This document shows, piece after piece, positions 29,397-43,955 of a stretch of 64,000 bases of DNA (positions within the stretch are counted from its first letter, which is position 1; each line of letters starts with the position of its first letter). The stretch is from Octopus vulgaris (lineage: Eukaryota), in NCBI GenBank assembly GCA_951406725.2, contig OX597825.1:5084001-5148000 (forward strand), read 5' to 3'. The notes under the pieces were generated by a model. It was not told the DNA's origin. It made no database searches and saw only the letters and a program-made list of their open reading frames with translations. A program made the position numbers and the translations under genes.

Positions 29397-29599
29397 GTAT
29401 ATATATGTATATATATATACCAGACCATATATGTATGCTATATATATATGTATATATATATGTATATATATATGTATATATATATATGTATGTATATATA
29501 TATATATATACTCATACATACATATATACACATATATGTATGTATGTACGTATATATATATATATATTTATATATACATACACACACATACACACATAT

Positions 29600-29800
29600 A
29601 AACTTCGGTTCATCACTAAAATGAACCTGCGACCACAGTTCTTCTGTCCAAACGACATGTTCGTGAGCGAAACGAAGACGAGCTTTTTGATTCTTCTTGG
29701 AGGTGAGAGGTTTCTTTGCTGGTGCCCGAGCAAGCAAACCATAACCTCGTCACCTCCGAGAAACTGTTTTGCTCGACACGTTGACATCGGAAATGGAACT
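29600..29800 (-). mobile_element. Tc1-family transposase fragment
   Basis: [46 protein letters not shown]: the Tc1 KKP...RL.FA...W..V.FSDE motif. Confidence 0.85.
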
Positions 29801-29849
29801 AGACTCGCAGGATATCTCAGCAGCCCTCTTAAACCTATCCTACAGTGAC

Positions 29850-30415
29850 ATTCTAACTATAATATGATTCATTGGACATAAATTAGAGACTTGACAGAGC
29901 AAAAAATTGGTACGACCACAAACCTGAAAATGATAATGCAAAGACCCTATGGGATTTTATGATTCAGTGCGACCATGAGATAGAGAATAGTAAGCCGAAC
30001 ATAGTCTTAATTGAGAAAGAAAATAAACTATGCTGGATCATAGATATAGCATGCCCAGCTGACAACAAGGTATGCGATAAGGAAGAAAGAAAAGTCGAGA
30101 GATATGACAGGTTAGCTTGGGAAGTTAAGCCGTTGTGGTCGATGAAAAAGGTAGCAATAGTACCAATAATTATCGGAGCCCTGGTTACTGTGAGCAAAAA
30201 TCTCGAGAGGTACGTGGAACAAATAGGGGCTGCAATAAGGGTGGAGCACTTGCAGAAAACAGCACAGCTTGGAACCGCTTGAATACTCCGGTAGGTGCTC
30301 GAAAAATAAGAGGTGTTACCTTAGTCCACTGATAGCAAACAGCTGACACCGCAGTACATCTCCAGCGTTAGAAGCTGTGCAAAGGCAATAGTAACAATAA
30401 TGATGATGATGATAA
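29850..30415 (+). mobile_element. 3' end of a restriction-like-endonuclease non-LTR retrotransposon (R4/Dong-like)
   Basis: WYDHKPE...LWDFMIQCDHEIENSKPNIVLIEK...IIDIACP.D....KE..K..RY..L...VPIIIGAL...LQKTAQLGTA, then a short 3'UTR and (TAA/TGA)n tail. Confidence 0.85.
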
Positions 30416-31344
30416 ACACCAATAACAGAAATATTTTGCTTCATTGAACAAACACGACTGAACTTTTATACATCATGCAATCGCTTTCTAACTTCGTATT
30501 CAAATTTACAGCTGTCCGACAAATAATAGAAAGTAATATGGTAAACACATTCCGTGTTTGTGATGACACTTTGTAGTTGAAAAATACATTTGAAATCTCT
30601 TCGTACAGTGTTAACATGTACTTGTCTACGTTGTCTGGGGGTGTTTTATCTTAGCTTAACTATAAACAGCAAACGCATACACGAGAAAATATTGATTTCT
30701 CAAATTGGCGTAACGCCATAAATTTGTTGGCAAGAGTGTAATCATTGTGATTTCACTCTGTATTTATTTTACCGACCCCGGAAAGATAAAAAGGGAAAGC
30801 AGAATCGGTGCTGTTTGTATATAAAGATCAGCACTTGAAGAATACTGGAAGCCACTTGGAATTATTGTCTGTTGCACTGAGAGTTTGGCGATTACACTCC
30901 AGCACTCGCTCTTCTGCGTGTGCATGTGTGTGTGTGTGTGTGTGTGTGCGTATGTATATATGTATGTGTGTACGTTTGTATGTATTCTGCATATTTATTT
31001 ATGTGTTTGTGTGGTTTTATGTATGTGTGTGTCTATTGAAAGGGTTGCAAAGAGCAACGAAAATTTTAGTAAGAATAAATAAGTAAATGAGTGGAAAATG
31101 TACCGGTGAGTGTGTTAAATAATAAGGCACTAAAAGAGATTGACTATCCCCAGACACAACAAAGTTTTTGCAATCTGTTCGGCCTTCTAAGTCCCCGTAT
31201 TTTTATTTTATTGTTACTATTGCATTTCTAAGATTGTCAGATTGTCTGGGCTGCGCAAATAGTATTTTCGTGTAGAAACAGCCCCTGTTTGGGAGGGGGT
31301 GCGCATCAGCATTTTTTTATTAATCTTAACAACTTTCAGGAAAA

Positions 31345-31660
31345 AATAATATTTTGAGTTTGGGGTGTGTGAATGTGCTTGGCCTGGGATCAGCTTGCAG
31401 GCAAGGTCACTTGATCAATGATCTCAAATCGCTTGATTCAGACGTGGCTGCTCTTAGTGAAACAAGGGTCTCCGGAAAACACGCTATAGCATCCATTTTC
31501 GAGGACTACGAGTTATTTTCCTCTTGTGGTCTATCGGAAGTGGGTGGCGGTATAGCAGTGCTACTCCGGAAATCCTTAGATCTCCAAGTATAGATTATCT
31601 TCCTGGAACCGGATGGTAGAGTGGCGGTCCTGGACGTGAATGGCAGCGAAGGTGGTACCA
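31345..31660 (+). mobile_element. APE endonuclease N-terminal fragment of an L1/Tx1-like LINE
   Basis: CVNVLGL...DVAALSETR...GGGIAVLLRK...*IIFLEPDGRVAVLDV, with an in-frame stop. Confidence 0.75.
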
Positions 31661-32155
31661 TTATTAGGGAGGTGTTTAGTCGCTACCAAAGACTACACTA
31701 AATGCCTAGCATTTTATTTTGATTTATCGATTCCTAAAAGACGAATATTAAAGGACACAAATCCCGCCAAATGTGCTTGCGACAAGGATGGCTCTTGACC
31801 ATTTCCTCAATATCTATAGTAGCGACTAAACTCCTCCCTGATAATTTCTGGCCTTTCTGCTAACATTTTGTAAAAACAATTATTATTACTAATAATTTTA
31901 CTCCGATTATCATTAACACTACAATCTCCATATTGAAAGTCATTCAAATAAACAGATGTTGATTTCATTCGCAGTTTTCTATTTCAGCTGTTCAGATTTA
32001 GGCTGCATTCTATAAAAATATATAATAATTAATTTACTGTGCAGTCGAATAACCGATAATATGCAAATCAGAAAGCTCTTATTAATTAGTATCTTGGTAA
32101 GCTACTGTTATATATAAGTGACTACTTCTCTGAGAGGTCGAAGAATAAGGATGCG

Positions 32156-32202
32156 TCTTTTCTGATGGCGTAGCGATCATAGCTGAAACATCAGTCAGAG
32201 GA
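32156..32202 (+). ncRNA. Degenerate hammerhead-like motif
   Basis: tctttt-CTGATGg-cgt-agc gatcata gct-GAAA-c atca g-TC-agagga. A9>G change and a 3-nt insertion; GUC triplet. Confidence 0.35.
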
Positions 32203-32389
32203 TTCTCAATTAGTTTTCTGTTTACTTATTACAACATATTGGAACAATATGACGTTTGCATATCGTCCGTAATCTTCACGGTTAATAGCTTCTAAATCAA
32301 TAACAACAGATTTATTTACGTTGTAAATGTTTCAAATATGCTGATTTGATTTTTCTCTGTTCTCTGTGTCTCCGTATATATCTCACTCT

Positions 32390-32815
32390 TTGTATGTATG
32401 TATGTATGTATGTATGTATGTATGTATGTATGTATGTATGTATGTATGTATGTATGTATGTATGTATGTATGTATGTATGTATGTATGTATGTATGTATG
32501 TATGTATGTATGTATGTATGTATGTATGTATGTATGTATGTATGTATGTATGTATGTATGTATGTATGTATGTATGTATGTATGTATGTATGTATGTATG
32601 TATGTGTGTATGTGTGCATGTATGTATGTATGAATGTGTGTATGTATGTATGTATGTATGTATGTATGTGTGTATGTATGTATTCATGTATGCATGCATG
32701 TATGTGTGTGTACACACACACACACACACATATATATATGTATGTATGTAAGTATATATATATGTAGGTATACGTGTATATATGTATGTATGTGTGTATG
32801 TATGTGTGTGTGTGC
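32390..32815. repeat. (TATG)n microsatellite
   Basis: Directly visible. Confidence 0.95.
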
Positions 32816-32982
32816 AAGCACATCAGTCGAAATCCGTCTTTTGCTGATTTCTCAAATTTAAGTTAAATCAGTGTTTCACAAAGGGGAGGTCTATGGGACG
32901 GTCGGACAAGTTTTTTTGAGAAAATGCGGTTTAAATGTTTGACAACTCTTCACCGTCCATTGGACGTGGGGGCATTTTGCTC

Positions 32983-33039
<57 letters not shown>

Positions 33040-33579
33040 ACACACACATATTCTTTTGTGGGGAATGAATACTGAGCACAGATAAAACTATAAATAACAG
33101 CATGTAAATATCGTGGGCAGAAAAAGCCAAGGGTCTGGCATGCCCACAAGAGATGTGGTTTCGAATCTCACGGGCAGCCTTCACTTTCTCTATTCAAAAG
33201 GGCTTTTCGACCCAATGTTTATATGCTATTTTCTTTAGCTTTATAAGCACTTCGAGAGCCATTCCGAGAAAAGAATTATTTCTCGATTTCTGGAATGTTT
33301 TGAAATACTTACCAAGTCAACAATATCTTTGTGTGTGTGTGTGTGTGTATTTGTGTATGTGTGTGCGTGTGTGCCTGTTTGTGTGTGTGTGTGGACATAT
33401 ATCATACATCCATATATTTACAGATATGTGTGGTTTGTTGGAAAGGAAATCCAGTGTTAAGTACCAGCTATCAATAACCATTTTATATTGACTCTGACAG
33501 ATCTGTCAACTTTCTTATTTCTTACTCTCATTGTTTCTCTCATTCTTTCTATGTACATATCTTTATATCGCTCTCTCCT

Positions 33580-33615
<36 letters not shown>

Positions 33616-34181
33616 TCTCTCCCTGTATATTTGTCTACCTATTTGTCTATCCTTTAATGGACACATACATGCTGAGTTCGTGTAGGCGTTAATACGTAGC
33701 AATTTCTAGAGTGCATCTGTTAGTGTTAATATCTTTGTAGCTGTGAGAGTATATATGTATACATAAATGTAATTGGTTTTATTTGATCAGTGTGTATGTG
33801 TATGTGTGTGTGTGTGTGAATGTTCATTTGTGTTTGTTTTAAAACAAGTTTCAGAATAAAAAATGTACATTTGCTAATAGAGAGTTTCCATACTAGAATA
33901 GACGCACGTATTAAAATTAGATTATAAAATAGGTTTTAACTGTGAAACCGAATTGTGTAATAAATACGCATGTATGTATGTATAAATGTATGTGCGTGTG
34001 TGTGAATACGTTTACATGTGGGTGCGTGCCTATGAAAGCCTATAGATGTATGTATGTATAATATATGTATGGCAAACCTGGAGTTTCATCTACGACAGGA
34101 ATCCTTGGTTTCTCGCAGAAGACGAAAACTGTTGAACATTTGTCAATGTCAGTCATTGAGCACGCTAGAAGCTATGCTCTC

Positions 34182-34774
34182 TCACACACACATGCATACA
34201 TGCATACATACATACATACTTTCATACATACACACACACACACATACATACACACACACACATACATACATACACACATACACACACATATAATCACACA
34301 AAGACATACGTACATACATACATACATACATACTTTCATACATACATACATACGTATATACATACATACATACATACACACATACATACATACATACATA
34401 CATACATACATACAAACATGTATACATACTTTCATACATACATACATACATACATACATACATGCATACATACTTTCATACATACGTACGTACATACATA
34501 CATACATACATACATCATATATACATACATACATACATGCATACATACATACATACATACTTTCATACATACACACACACATACATACATACTTTCATAC
34601 ATACGTACGTACATACATACGTACGTACATCCATCCATACATACATACATACATACATATATACATACATACATACATACATACATACAAACATGCATAC
34701 ATTACATACATACATGCATACATACATACATACATACATACACACATACATACATACATACATACATACATACA

Positions 34775-34808
<34 letters not shown>

Positions 34809-34830
34809 CATACATACATACAAACATGCA
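34182..34830. repeat. Interrupted (TACA)n array
   Basis: Directly visible. Confidence 0.95.
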
Positions 34831-35202
34831 TGGAAATTGTTGCAAAACAAAAGACTATGCAAAATTAAAAATTTTATGAAAGGAATACAAGAAAGCCGTG
34901 GCATGGTTTATTTTGTTAACCGTAAAAGTAAATTAGGAATGTTTCACGCATTCCTGTAGGGTGTACATATTTTTGTACCGTTTAGAAATTAATATTTCGT
35001 TCAAATCTTTGAAAATGTTTATTGTTTTGTGTTCCAAATTTCTATAATGTTTGCATGTCATGTATAATACATTTTTCATTCAGTATAAATTTCATTTGAT
35101 TTCCTTCGCTATTATCAGAATAATGGCAATTTTACTGAAAAGTTTTTAAGGATGGTGTACTACATACTTCTGTGAGATACCCTATATATACATACATATG
35201 TA

Positions 35203-35291
<89 letters not shown>

Positions 35292-35345
35292 GACGAGCTT
35301 ATATTTACATACAAACATGCATATATATATATATATACATATATA

Positions 35346-35376
<31 letters not shown>

Positions 35377-35377
35377 A

Positions 35378-35713
35378 TACGAGGGTGAGCCAAAAAGTTA
35401 TGGGCTATCATCGTCACTTGACTATCATCTCTTCAACCCCATGAAAGAGGGTTGTTTGAGAGGCAAACATTATTCCAGTGACGACGAAGTGAAAACTGTA
35501 GTGAAGAAGTGGCTCAAAGAACAGTCAACAAAATTTTACGATGCTCTCATTCGTAGGTGGAACATTGCTATTGAGAGAAACGGTAACTATGTTGAGAAGT
35601 AAAGATGTGATCCACAGAGGACCAGCTTCATTGTGATGTATGATACATGTTTCTGGGTTGGTAATTATACCTGTCCTAAACAAAATGGCATTACTTTTTG
35701 ACTCGCCCTCATA
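35378..35713 (+). mobile_element. Internally deleted mariner element with both TIRs
   Basis: TIRs tacgagggtgagccaaaaagt / actttttgactcgccctcata in TA context. Encodes [30 protein letters not shown]...[15 protein letters not shown]. Confidence 0.9.
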
Positions 35714-35721
35714 TATACGAT

Positions 35722-35887
35722 TTCAACGAAAAAACTCCAGATATGTTTTGACACCCAAACAGAAGAAAATTGTTTAAACTTCAAATTTTCATAAAATTTT
35801 ACTAATATTTGCTAAGATGAGATTCGTCATCCAAACCTATTATATTCTGTTTGGGTGTCAAAACATGTCTAGAGTTTTTTCGTTGAA
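35722..35887. mobile_element. MITE-like inverted repeat (43-bp arms, 80-bp spacer)
   Basis: ttcaacgaaaaaactccagatatgttttgacacccaaacagaa and its reverse complement, with 2 mismatches. Confidence 0.7.
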
Positions 35888-37134
35888 GTCTACTTTAAAT
35901 ATAATTTGGTATAGAGCTGAAGGTGCCAGAGCGAGAGAGGTGAGGTGTAGTCGTCTATTGTCTAAAAAGTATCTGTGGCTTAAACGCATTTATTGAATGA
36001 GTTTTATGTCCACCTGTGTGTGAGCGTGTATGTGTGTGTGTGCGTGGGTGTTTATTGTGTTGAATGTCCTTTCAATATGTTTGAAATGTGACCAGCTGTG
36101 TGTTCGTGGGTGTGTATGTTGTGATGAACGTCTTGTTAAAGAAAGAATTAGGAGTTTCCTTCTTTTGGGTGTGGGTCTGATGTTTGCTTTTGAGCATCTC
36201 CACCTGTGTGTATGTGTGTGTGTGAGTCTTTGTGCGTGCAGACGTGTGTATGTGTTTTTTGGGATGTGTGTATGCGCTTTTGTGAGTGTGTGCGCTTGTG
36301 TGTGTGTGTGTGCAGCTGTGTGTGTGTTACAGAGGTGTATGTATGCAGAGGTGTGTGCGTGCAGAAGTGTGCGTGTGCAGAGGTGTTTCTTGTGATGTTT
36401 CCTTTTGCATATATGTGTGTGTGTGCGTAGCTTTGTGTATCTGTGCAGACGTGTGTGTTTGTGTGTGTTTGTGTGTTCATGTGTGTGTGTGTGTTATCTA
36501 CATAAAACTACGTTTACATAGAGGCCTTTTCGTATCTTGCCCTCCAGATTTATTTACTGAGCAGAAATGATGGCTCATAAAACAATAAAGTCAATAAGTA
36601 TAGACATACAGAGATATGAAATATATCTATATGCTCAAACCTACTGACTTACAATGATATTTTATTACAAATATTTTTGTTATGTAATGTATTTATATTG
36701 TGTGAATATTCTAACAATCATTTCAGTTACATAATTGTTGTATTGTGAGCGTTTTGTACGCACATGCGAAGTTCTATCAATCAATAATATAATTAATATA
36801 TACACACACACATTATATATATATATGTATGTCTGTGTGTGTGTGTGTGTGTGTGTATAGATAACTATTTGTCTATCTACCTCTCTATGTATCTATCTAT
36901 CTATCTATCTATCTATCAATCTATATATAAATATATATATAGAGACAGAGGGATAGATATAGATATATACATACATACACACATACATATATATATAGAC
37001 ATGTATGTATATATGTATGCATATGTGTGTGCTTGGGAACAATAAAATAAAGTTGAAATCGATCCACATGTATAAAAATATAAAAATAATTAACATAAGG
37101 AAGATTTGACATTTTATGGTTGTAGGGCATTCAC

Positions 37135-37195
37135 CTACACACGCCAGTAACAGCAGTTACATTCGATAATTCGATGTACGAGACAAATTGACCGT
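37135..37195 (-). CDS. Candidate 61-nt exon ((D)GQFVSYIELSNVTAVTGVC)
   Basis: Strong acceptor tttcctctttttcag| and donor TAG|gtgaat. Only the phase-1 frame is stop-free. Confidence 0.4.
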
Positions 37196-37317
37196 CTGAA
37201 AAAGAGGAAATTCACCGAGGACAGCCCTAACTGAGCCGATCAATATATCTGTGTTGATATACGAACTGTATTTCCTTTTCTCGCGTAGAGTCACTCTAAA
37301 TGCTGAGATACATAGCA

Positions 37318-37371
<54 letters not shown>

Positions 37372-38210
37372 CTCTTCCTATCTTGCATAAAGAACATCCT
37401 GAGCACAGCTAGAACTGCATTCCCGAGACTAGCCCTTCTCTTCAGGGCGAGAGGGATATTTTAGCCTCTAATAACTTCAGACTCTCTGCAAGGCTCAAAA
37501 GATTAACTAAAATAGGAACTTCGACAATATGCGCACTGCCATGCGGAACCGCAAGGAAGGTCTGTTCGACTGGTAGGTATTCAATCACTAATGGACCCCT
37601 TCCAGCGTTTTGCCAACAGGCGGGTTGTCTTTCGCCGTCATTTTATTACTGGGAGAACAGTTTACTCCAAGGGTCCTTTGCTTCTCAGAGATAGCGGGTC
37701 TTGTAGTTCCACCGCTTTGGTATCCTCCACCTCCTTGCTCTCTACCTCTTATACACCTCATTCTACGACCCCGAGTCCGGACTACCCACTATGCTCAGTA
37801 GTTTCTTCTCAGAATATCGGTACTTGGGGATCTCCCAGGCCTTCCCTGTATGTGTTGATCTGCGATATTTGAAAAGAAACGTTAGCGGTATCAATTACAC
37901 TTTCATGGGTCTCCAAGTGCCGTAGACACTATCTCTTTGTCTAGAAAAAGCATGTAAAACACAACAAATATACCAAATATATAATAAGTAACATGTGTTT
38001 TCGGAGTCACGCTGACATTCATTTTAAAATCAATAATTCATTATCTATTCTACGAGTGCAGATACTTACAGGTATATTCTATCGCATAACAAAAAAAAAT
38101 TTTGTTTGCATGAATTAAGAAGACTATTAACACAGGAACGCACGTACGCACACACGTATATATATATATATATATGTGTGTGCGTGTGTGTGTGCGTTTG
38201 TGTGTGTGTT

Positions 38211-38500
38211 GAAGGCGCATGGCTCAGTGGTTAGAGCGTCGAGCTTACGATCGTGAGGTTGTAAGCTCGAATCCCGGAGCGGGCTGCGTGTTGTGTTCTT
38301 GAGCAAGACACTTTCTTTCACCTTGCTCCAGTTCACTCAGATATAGAAATGAGTTGCTACGTCACAGGTGCCAAGTTTTATCGGCCCCTTTGCCTTTCCC
38401 TTGGATAACATCAGTGGTGTGGAGAGGAGAGGCTGGCATGCATGGGTGACTGCTGATCTTGTGCCTTGAAGGGTATCTTTCTAGGTGCAATCCCATGGTC
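38211..38500 (+). mobile_element. SINE family D (tRNA-derived head)
   Basis: A box tggctcagtgg and B-box-like gctcgaatccc. The 3' half is shared with 10858-11037. Confidence 0.85.
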
Positions 38501-38504
38501 TCCC

Positions 38505-38516
38505 CATATCTATCTG

Positions 38517-38549
<33 letters not shown>

Positions 38550-38597
38550 ATATATATATATGTGTGTGTGTGTATATATATATGCATACACAGAAAC

Positions 38598-38648
<51 letters not shown>

Positions 38649-38672
38649 TGCATACATACATACATACATACA

Positions 38673-38706
<34 letters not shown>

Positions 38707-38774
38707 CATACATACATGCATACATACATACATACATACATACATACATACATACATACATACATACATACATG

Positions 38775-38806
<32 letters not shown>

Positions 38807-39156
38807 CATGCATGCATACATGCATACATACATACATACATACATACATGCATGCATGCATGCATACATACATACATACATACATACATACATACATACA
38901 TACATGCATGCATATGCATACATACATACATACATACATGCATACATACATACATACATGCATGCATGCATACATACACACATACATACATACTTACGTA
39001 CATACATACATACATACATACATGCATACATACATACATACATACATGCATGCATGCATACATACATACATACATACATATATACATGCATACATGCATG
39101 CATACATACATACATACATACATACATACATACATACATACATACATACATGCATG

Positions 39157-39188
<32 letters not shown>

Positions 39189-39522
39189 CATACATACATA
39201 TATACATACATACATACATACATACATACATGCATACATGCATGCATGCATACATATATATACATGCATACATACATACATACATACATGCATGCATGCA
39301 TACATACATATACATTCATACATACATACATACATGCATGCATGCATACATACATACATACATACATACATGCATGCATACATACATACATATATACCTC
39401 CAGAAGTCAAACACGTGTAGTATGAAACAGCCGGGCGGAAAGACATACACAAAATGCACTGAATGCACAGAACAAACAGAGGAGATCACCAACTCCTGTG
39501 TGTATGAATGCATGTATATCAG

Positions 39523-39559
<37 letters not shown>

Positions 39560-39650
39560 TTAAGTGTGTGTGTGTGTGTGTGTGTCTGTATGTATGTATG
39601 TATGCATGTATGTATGTATGTATATTTATATGTATATATATATATATAGT
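38505..39650. repeat. Compound (TCTA)n/(TA)n/(TACA,TGCA)n array
   Basis: Directly visible; source of the 396-aa spurious ORF. Confidence 0.95.
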
Positions 39651-40073
39651 GTTAGGTGTGATGTACAGAATTGAATATTAGATGTATATAAATATACGAA
39701 TATATTGATTGATTGATTGGATTTATACAGAGAGATCAAATCAATTTGAAACCAATAAACACTTTAGAGAAAATACAATAAACCTTTGTATAGAGAACAA
39801 TACTTACTAGAAAACGTTTTTATTTAGGTTATTCCCCTACGCACTTCAGTGACCCCAATGGCATTTCTGGTTTCTATCTCCACATGTTGTCAAAGAGACG
39901 AAGAAACGAAGAAGGAAGTTATATAAAATTGAATATCTAATCGAGTTTCTACTTTGGGTAAAAGTTAAAATTCACTTTCAAATCATGATTTTCAGTCCGT
40001 TTTTTAAAGCATACATACGAAGTTTTCTATTTAATATAATATAGCGTAGAATAAAATTACACAATTTGTCCCA

Positions 40074-40196
<123 letters not shown>

Positions 40197-40334
40197 TATC
40201 TATATCTATTTATCTATCTATTTATTTATCTGTCTATCTATTTCATTGCCACTCGATCCATGTACCTGTCTGTCTTCTATTTATATTTCAATATGCTTAT
40301 ATGCATATTGAAATATATATATATATATATATAT

Positions 40335-40373
<39 letters not shown>

Positions 40374-40389
40374 TAGATATATATGCATA

Positions 40390-40467
<78 letters not shown>

Positions 40468-41132
40468 TGTATGTACATATGTATGCATGTACGTATGTAA
40501 GTATGAATGTATGTATGCGCGTGCACGCGTACGTACACTTACACACAAGGACTCGTCAAGTACAATCACTCTTGGAAAATATTAGCTGTTCATTGATACG
40601 AGAAGCAATATTGTCTATAAGTGCCATCCACGTTAATGGATGTCTCATGCCAACTGGAATATGCACTGATGTTGAAACATGCCTCAGCATTTGCAGGAAT
40701 CCTCTTTTCAACAACGCATTTGGCTCTCATCTCTCTCCGTTAAACTTTACGTCACCGTTGAAAGTTAACAATCTCGAATAGCTACGCCTTATGAACAAAG
40801 CATCTTACGTTATTCACTCACTTATTGTAAGACGTACAGAAAGACACACCACGTACGCGAAAGTATATACACCCTCACGAACTTACAGACACATGCACAC
40901 ATACATACCTGTCAGTTCTTAAGGGTTCTTTCAGTCAAACTACCATTCAACTCCGCAAAAGTTTCCTTATTTTAGTAAATCCTGCCTGTGTTGTATATCT
41001 TCCTTTGATATTCTCCTCCATGTCTCGACCCTTTATGGTCAGTCATAATTGTCATTATTATTATTATTGAGGTTGTTTTTGTTGTTGTTGTTGTTGTTGT
41101 TGTTGTTTTTGTTGTTGCTGTTGTTGTTGTTG

Positions 41133-41325
41133 AGGCGGCGGGCTGGCATGATCATTACCACGCACGGACGAAGTGTCTAGCAGGATTTTTTCTGATCTTA
41201 TATTCTCGGTTCAAATTCCGCCAAGGTTGACTACCATTCTCTAACGGTCAGCAAGATAACTACTCATCGACCACCGGAGTCGATGTCATCGACTTACCCC
41301 TCCCCCCGAAATTGCTAGCCTCCTC
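41133..41325 (+). mobile_element. Diverged SINE family A copy
   Basis: aggcggcgggctggc...ggttcaaattccgccaaggttgact. Confidence 0.7.
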
Positions 41326-41388
41326 TCAAAATTTGATCATCATCCGTCTGTCGACCGAGTCTGTAATGATGATCGCACCGCCACCCAC

Positions 41389-41461
41389 CTTCAACCGGGC
41401 AAGCAAGACAGTTTTCCTTTGCCTGGTGGCTGTGGCGAAAGAGGTTCTCTGGTTGACAAAG
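41389..41461 (-). CDS. Candidate 73-nt exon (LCQPENLFRHSHQAKENCLACPVE)
   Basis: Acceptor tactcttgcctttcag| and donor AAG|gtgggt. Phase 0 to 1, in frame with the 52878 donor. Confidence 0.55.
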
Positions 41462-41562
41462 CTGAAAGGCAAGAGTACAGATACAGTCCTCTTTTGTAAT
41501 GCTTTGGTATTTGTATTTCCACCACATCCTTCGCCCTTGTGACGAGTAAATGAAATCATGGC

Positions 41563-41626
<64 letters not shown>

Positions 41627-41770
41627 GAGTGAGAGAGCAGTGTATGCCATCAAAGTGACACTGGGGTAAAATATACGAAGCCCAGTATACCCATCATGAC
41701 TACCCGTTTGATAAGGGTACACCAGGCACATGCATCACAACCATATGTGCGCGACATGGTGATCTCATAT
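41563..41770 (-). mobile_element. Family E 3' fragment with long (TAA)n tail
   Basis: Matches 27155-27315. Confidence 0.75.
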
Positions 41771-42582
41771 GAAATAATTTCGTACAGACTTAAAAAAAAA
41801 AAGGTTACATTCTGGAACATGTGGCACTAAGAATACTTTACCAAAAGAAAGGTCGGTGAAAACTGCCACGTGATGGATTGTTAGGAAATGTTCATAAATG
41901 AATGCAAATCTTGTTTCACTGTTGACTTCCTCCAGCATTTTTTTTCTTTTTTCTCTCTTTTTCTTTTCTTACTTTTTTTTTTGTAAAATACTATTTCATT
42001 AAATTAGAACCAAAAATGTTTCTCAGGTTTGCCCGGGGGTCTCAGAAAGTACAGACGTAATAAAAACTGGAAAGCGCTTCTACCAATAGTCAGACGACTG
42101 CGCCGATCCGCCAACATCACCGCTGCCACCACCTCTGAATAGGTTCCTTATTTTAACAACTCTAGAATGATAAAAATGCAATATCGACTGACCACAGCGA
42201 GATTGAAAGTTCGGATATAAAGATCCAGAAGAGATATGCAAGATATTTTGGCCGGAGCCCTTAGGGTTCTTCCAATTCGCTGTTGTAATCTCCACCATAA
42301 TAAACAGTTGTACAAACACCACAACTATCTACGCAGTCACTACAAGTTCTACAACAACAACCACAACCACTAAAAAATCGTCATCATGGATAAACAGCTG
42401 TAGAAACATGGTCACAACTAACACAACCACTGCACATACAATGCAATAAACTAGTGACATTGGAATCAAACCGGTGGCAACAACAACAACAACAACAAGA
42501 GCCTTGTAATGATAGACACAGTACTACACCCACCACGATCACCCTCGGTAATACAGCATCAAGAAGTCTAACTATGTTCTTC

Positions 42583-42635
42583 ATGACGATGATGACGACG
42601 ACGCCGACGACGATGATGACGATGGCGGTGATGAC

Positions 42636-42668
<33 letters not shown>

Positions 42669-42975
42669 ATTGATGACTACGACGACGACGATGATGATGA
42701 TGAGGATGATGGCGATGACGATGATGACGATGATGACGATGATGATGATGATGACTACGACGACGACGACGACGATGATGATGATGATGGTAATGACAAC
42801 GATGACGATGATGACGATGATGACGATGACAATGATGGTGATGACGATGACGACGACGACGACGACGATGACGATGATGATGATGATGATGATGATGATG
42901 ACGACGATGACGATGATGAAGATGATGACGATGACGATGATGACGATGATGACGATGATGATGATGATGATGATT
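42583..42975. repeat. (GAT/GAC)n microsatellite
   Basis: Directly visible. Confidence 0.95.
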
Positions 42976-43319
42976 AGGAGGTGGAGAATGGGAAGTAGGG
43001 ATGGATAATGGTAACAGTAATTCAGGGAAGGTAACAGTTATGATGACTATGTTTGCGATCGAGACGTTTACTAACCCATGTGTCCCCATATTTCCTTAAA
43101 ATATACCTTGCCTTCATTTTAGAAACCATTTGAAAATATTGAAGAATTTCATAAATAAAGTTTGCCAGTATTCAGCTTGGTATTTGGATTATAAATCAAC
43201 ATAAAGATTTTGATGGAAGTTTTTAATTCCGAGCAGTTTAAAACAGGAAGTTTGCAAGAAAACCTGAGGCAGTTTCTATGGGTTCGTATCAAAAGAGTGA
43301 ATAATAAACGTGTCGGTAA

Positions 43320-43679
<360 letters not shown>

Positions 43680-43739
43680 GAGCTAACGAATTTGTCAGCT
43701 CAACGTCTTTACTAACATCAACAGCAAAAACAACACTAA

Positions 43740-43955
43740 CATTTTCTACTCTAGTCACAAGTCCGAATTTTTGGGGGGTGGAGTGGCGGGGGCGCAGTCG
43801 ATTTGTTCGACTCCAGTACGCAATTGGTACATAATTTATTGACTCTGAAAGGATAAAAGGCAAAGTCGACCTCAGCGGAATTTGAACTCAAAACATGAAG
43901 ACGGACGAAATGTCGCAAAGCATTTTGCCCGACATGCTAACGATCCTGTCAGCTT
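43740..43955 (-). mobile_element. SINE family A copy
   Basis: aaaggcaaagtcgacctcagcggaatttgaactca. Confidence 0.8.

Noticed and set aside
38211-38285. tRNA gene (also 54863 and 43625)
   Set aside because: tRNA-like heads continue into SINE bodies and lack a complete acceptor stem.
38459-39649. 396-aa and overlapping long ORFs, and most other ORFs in the track
   Set aside because: Translations of (TA)n, (TACA)n, (TAGA)n or trinucleotide repeats that lack stop codons; not genes.
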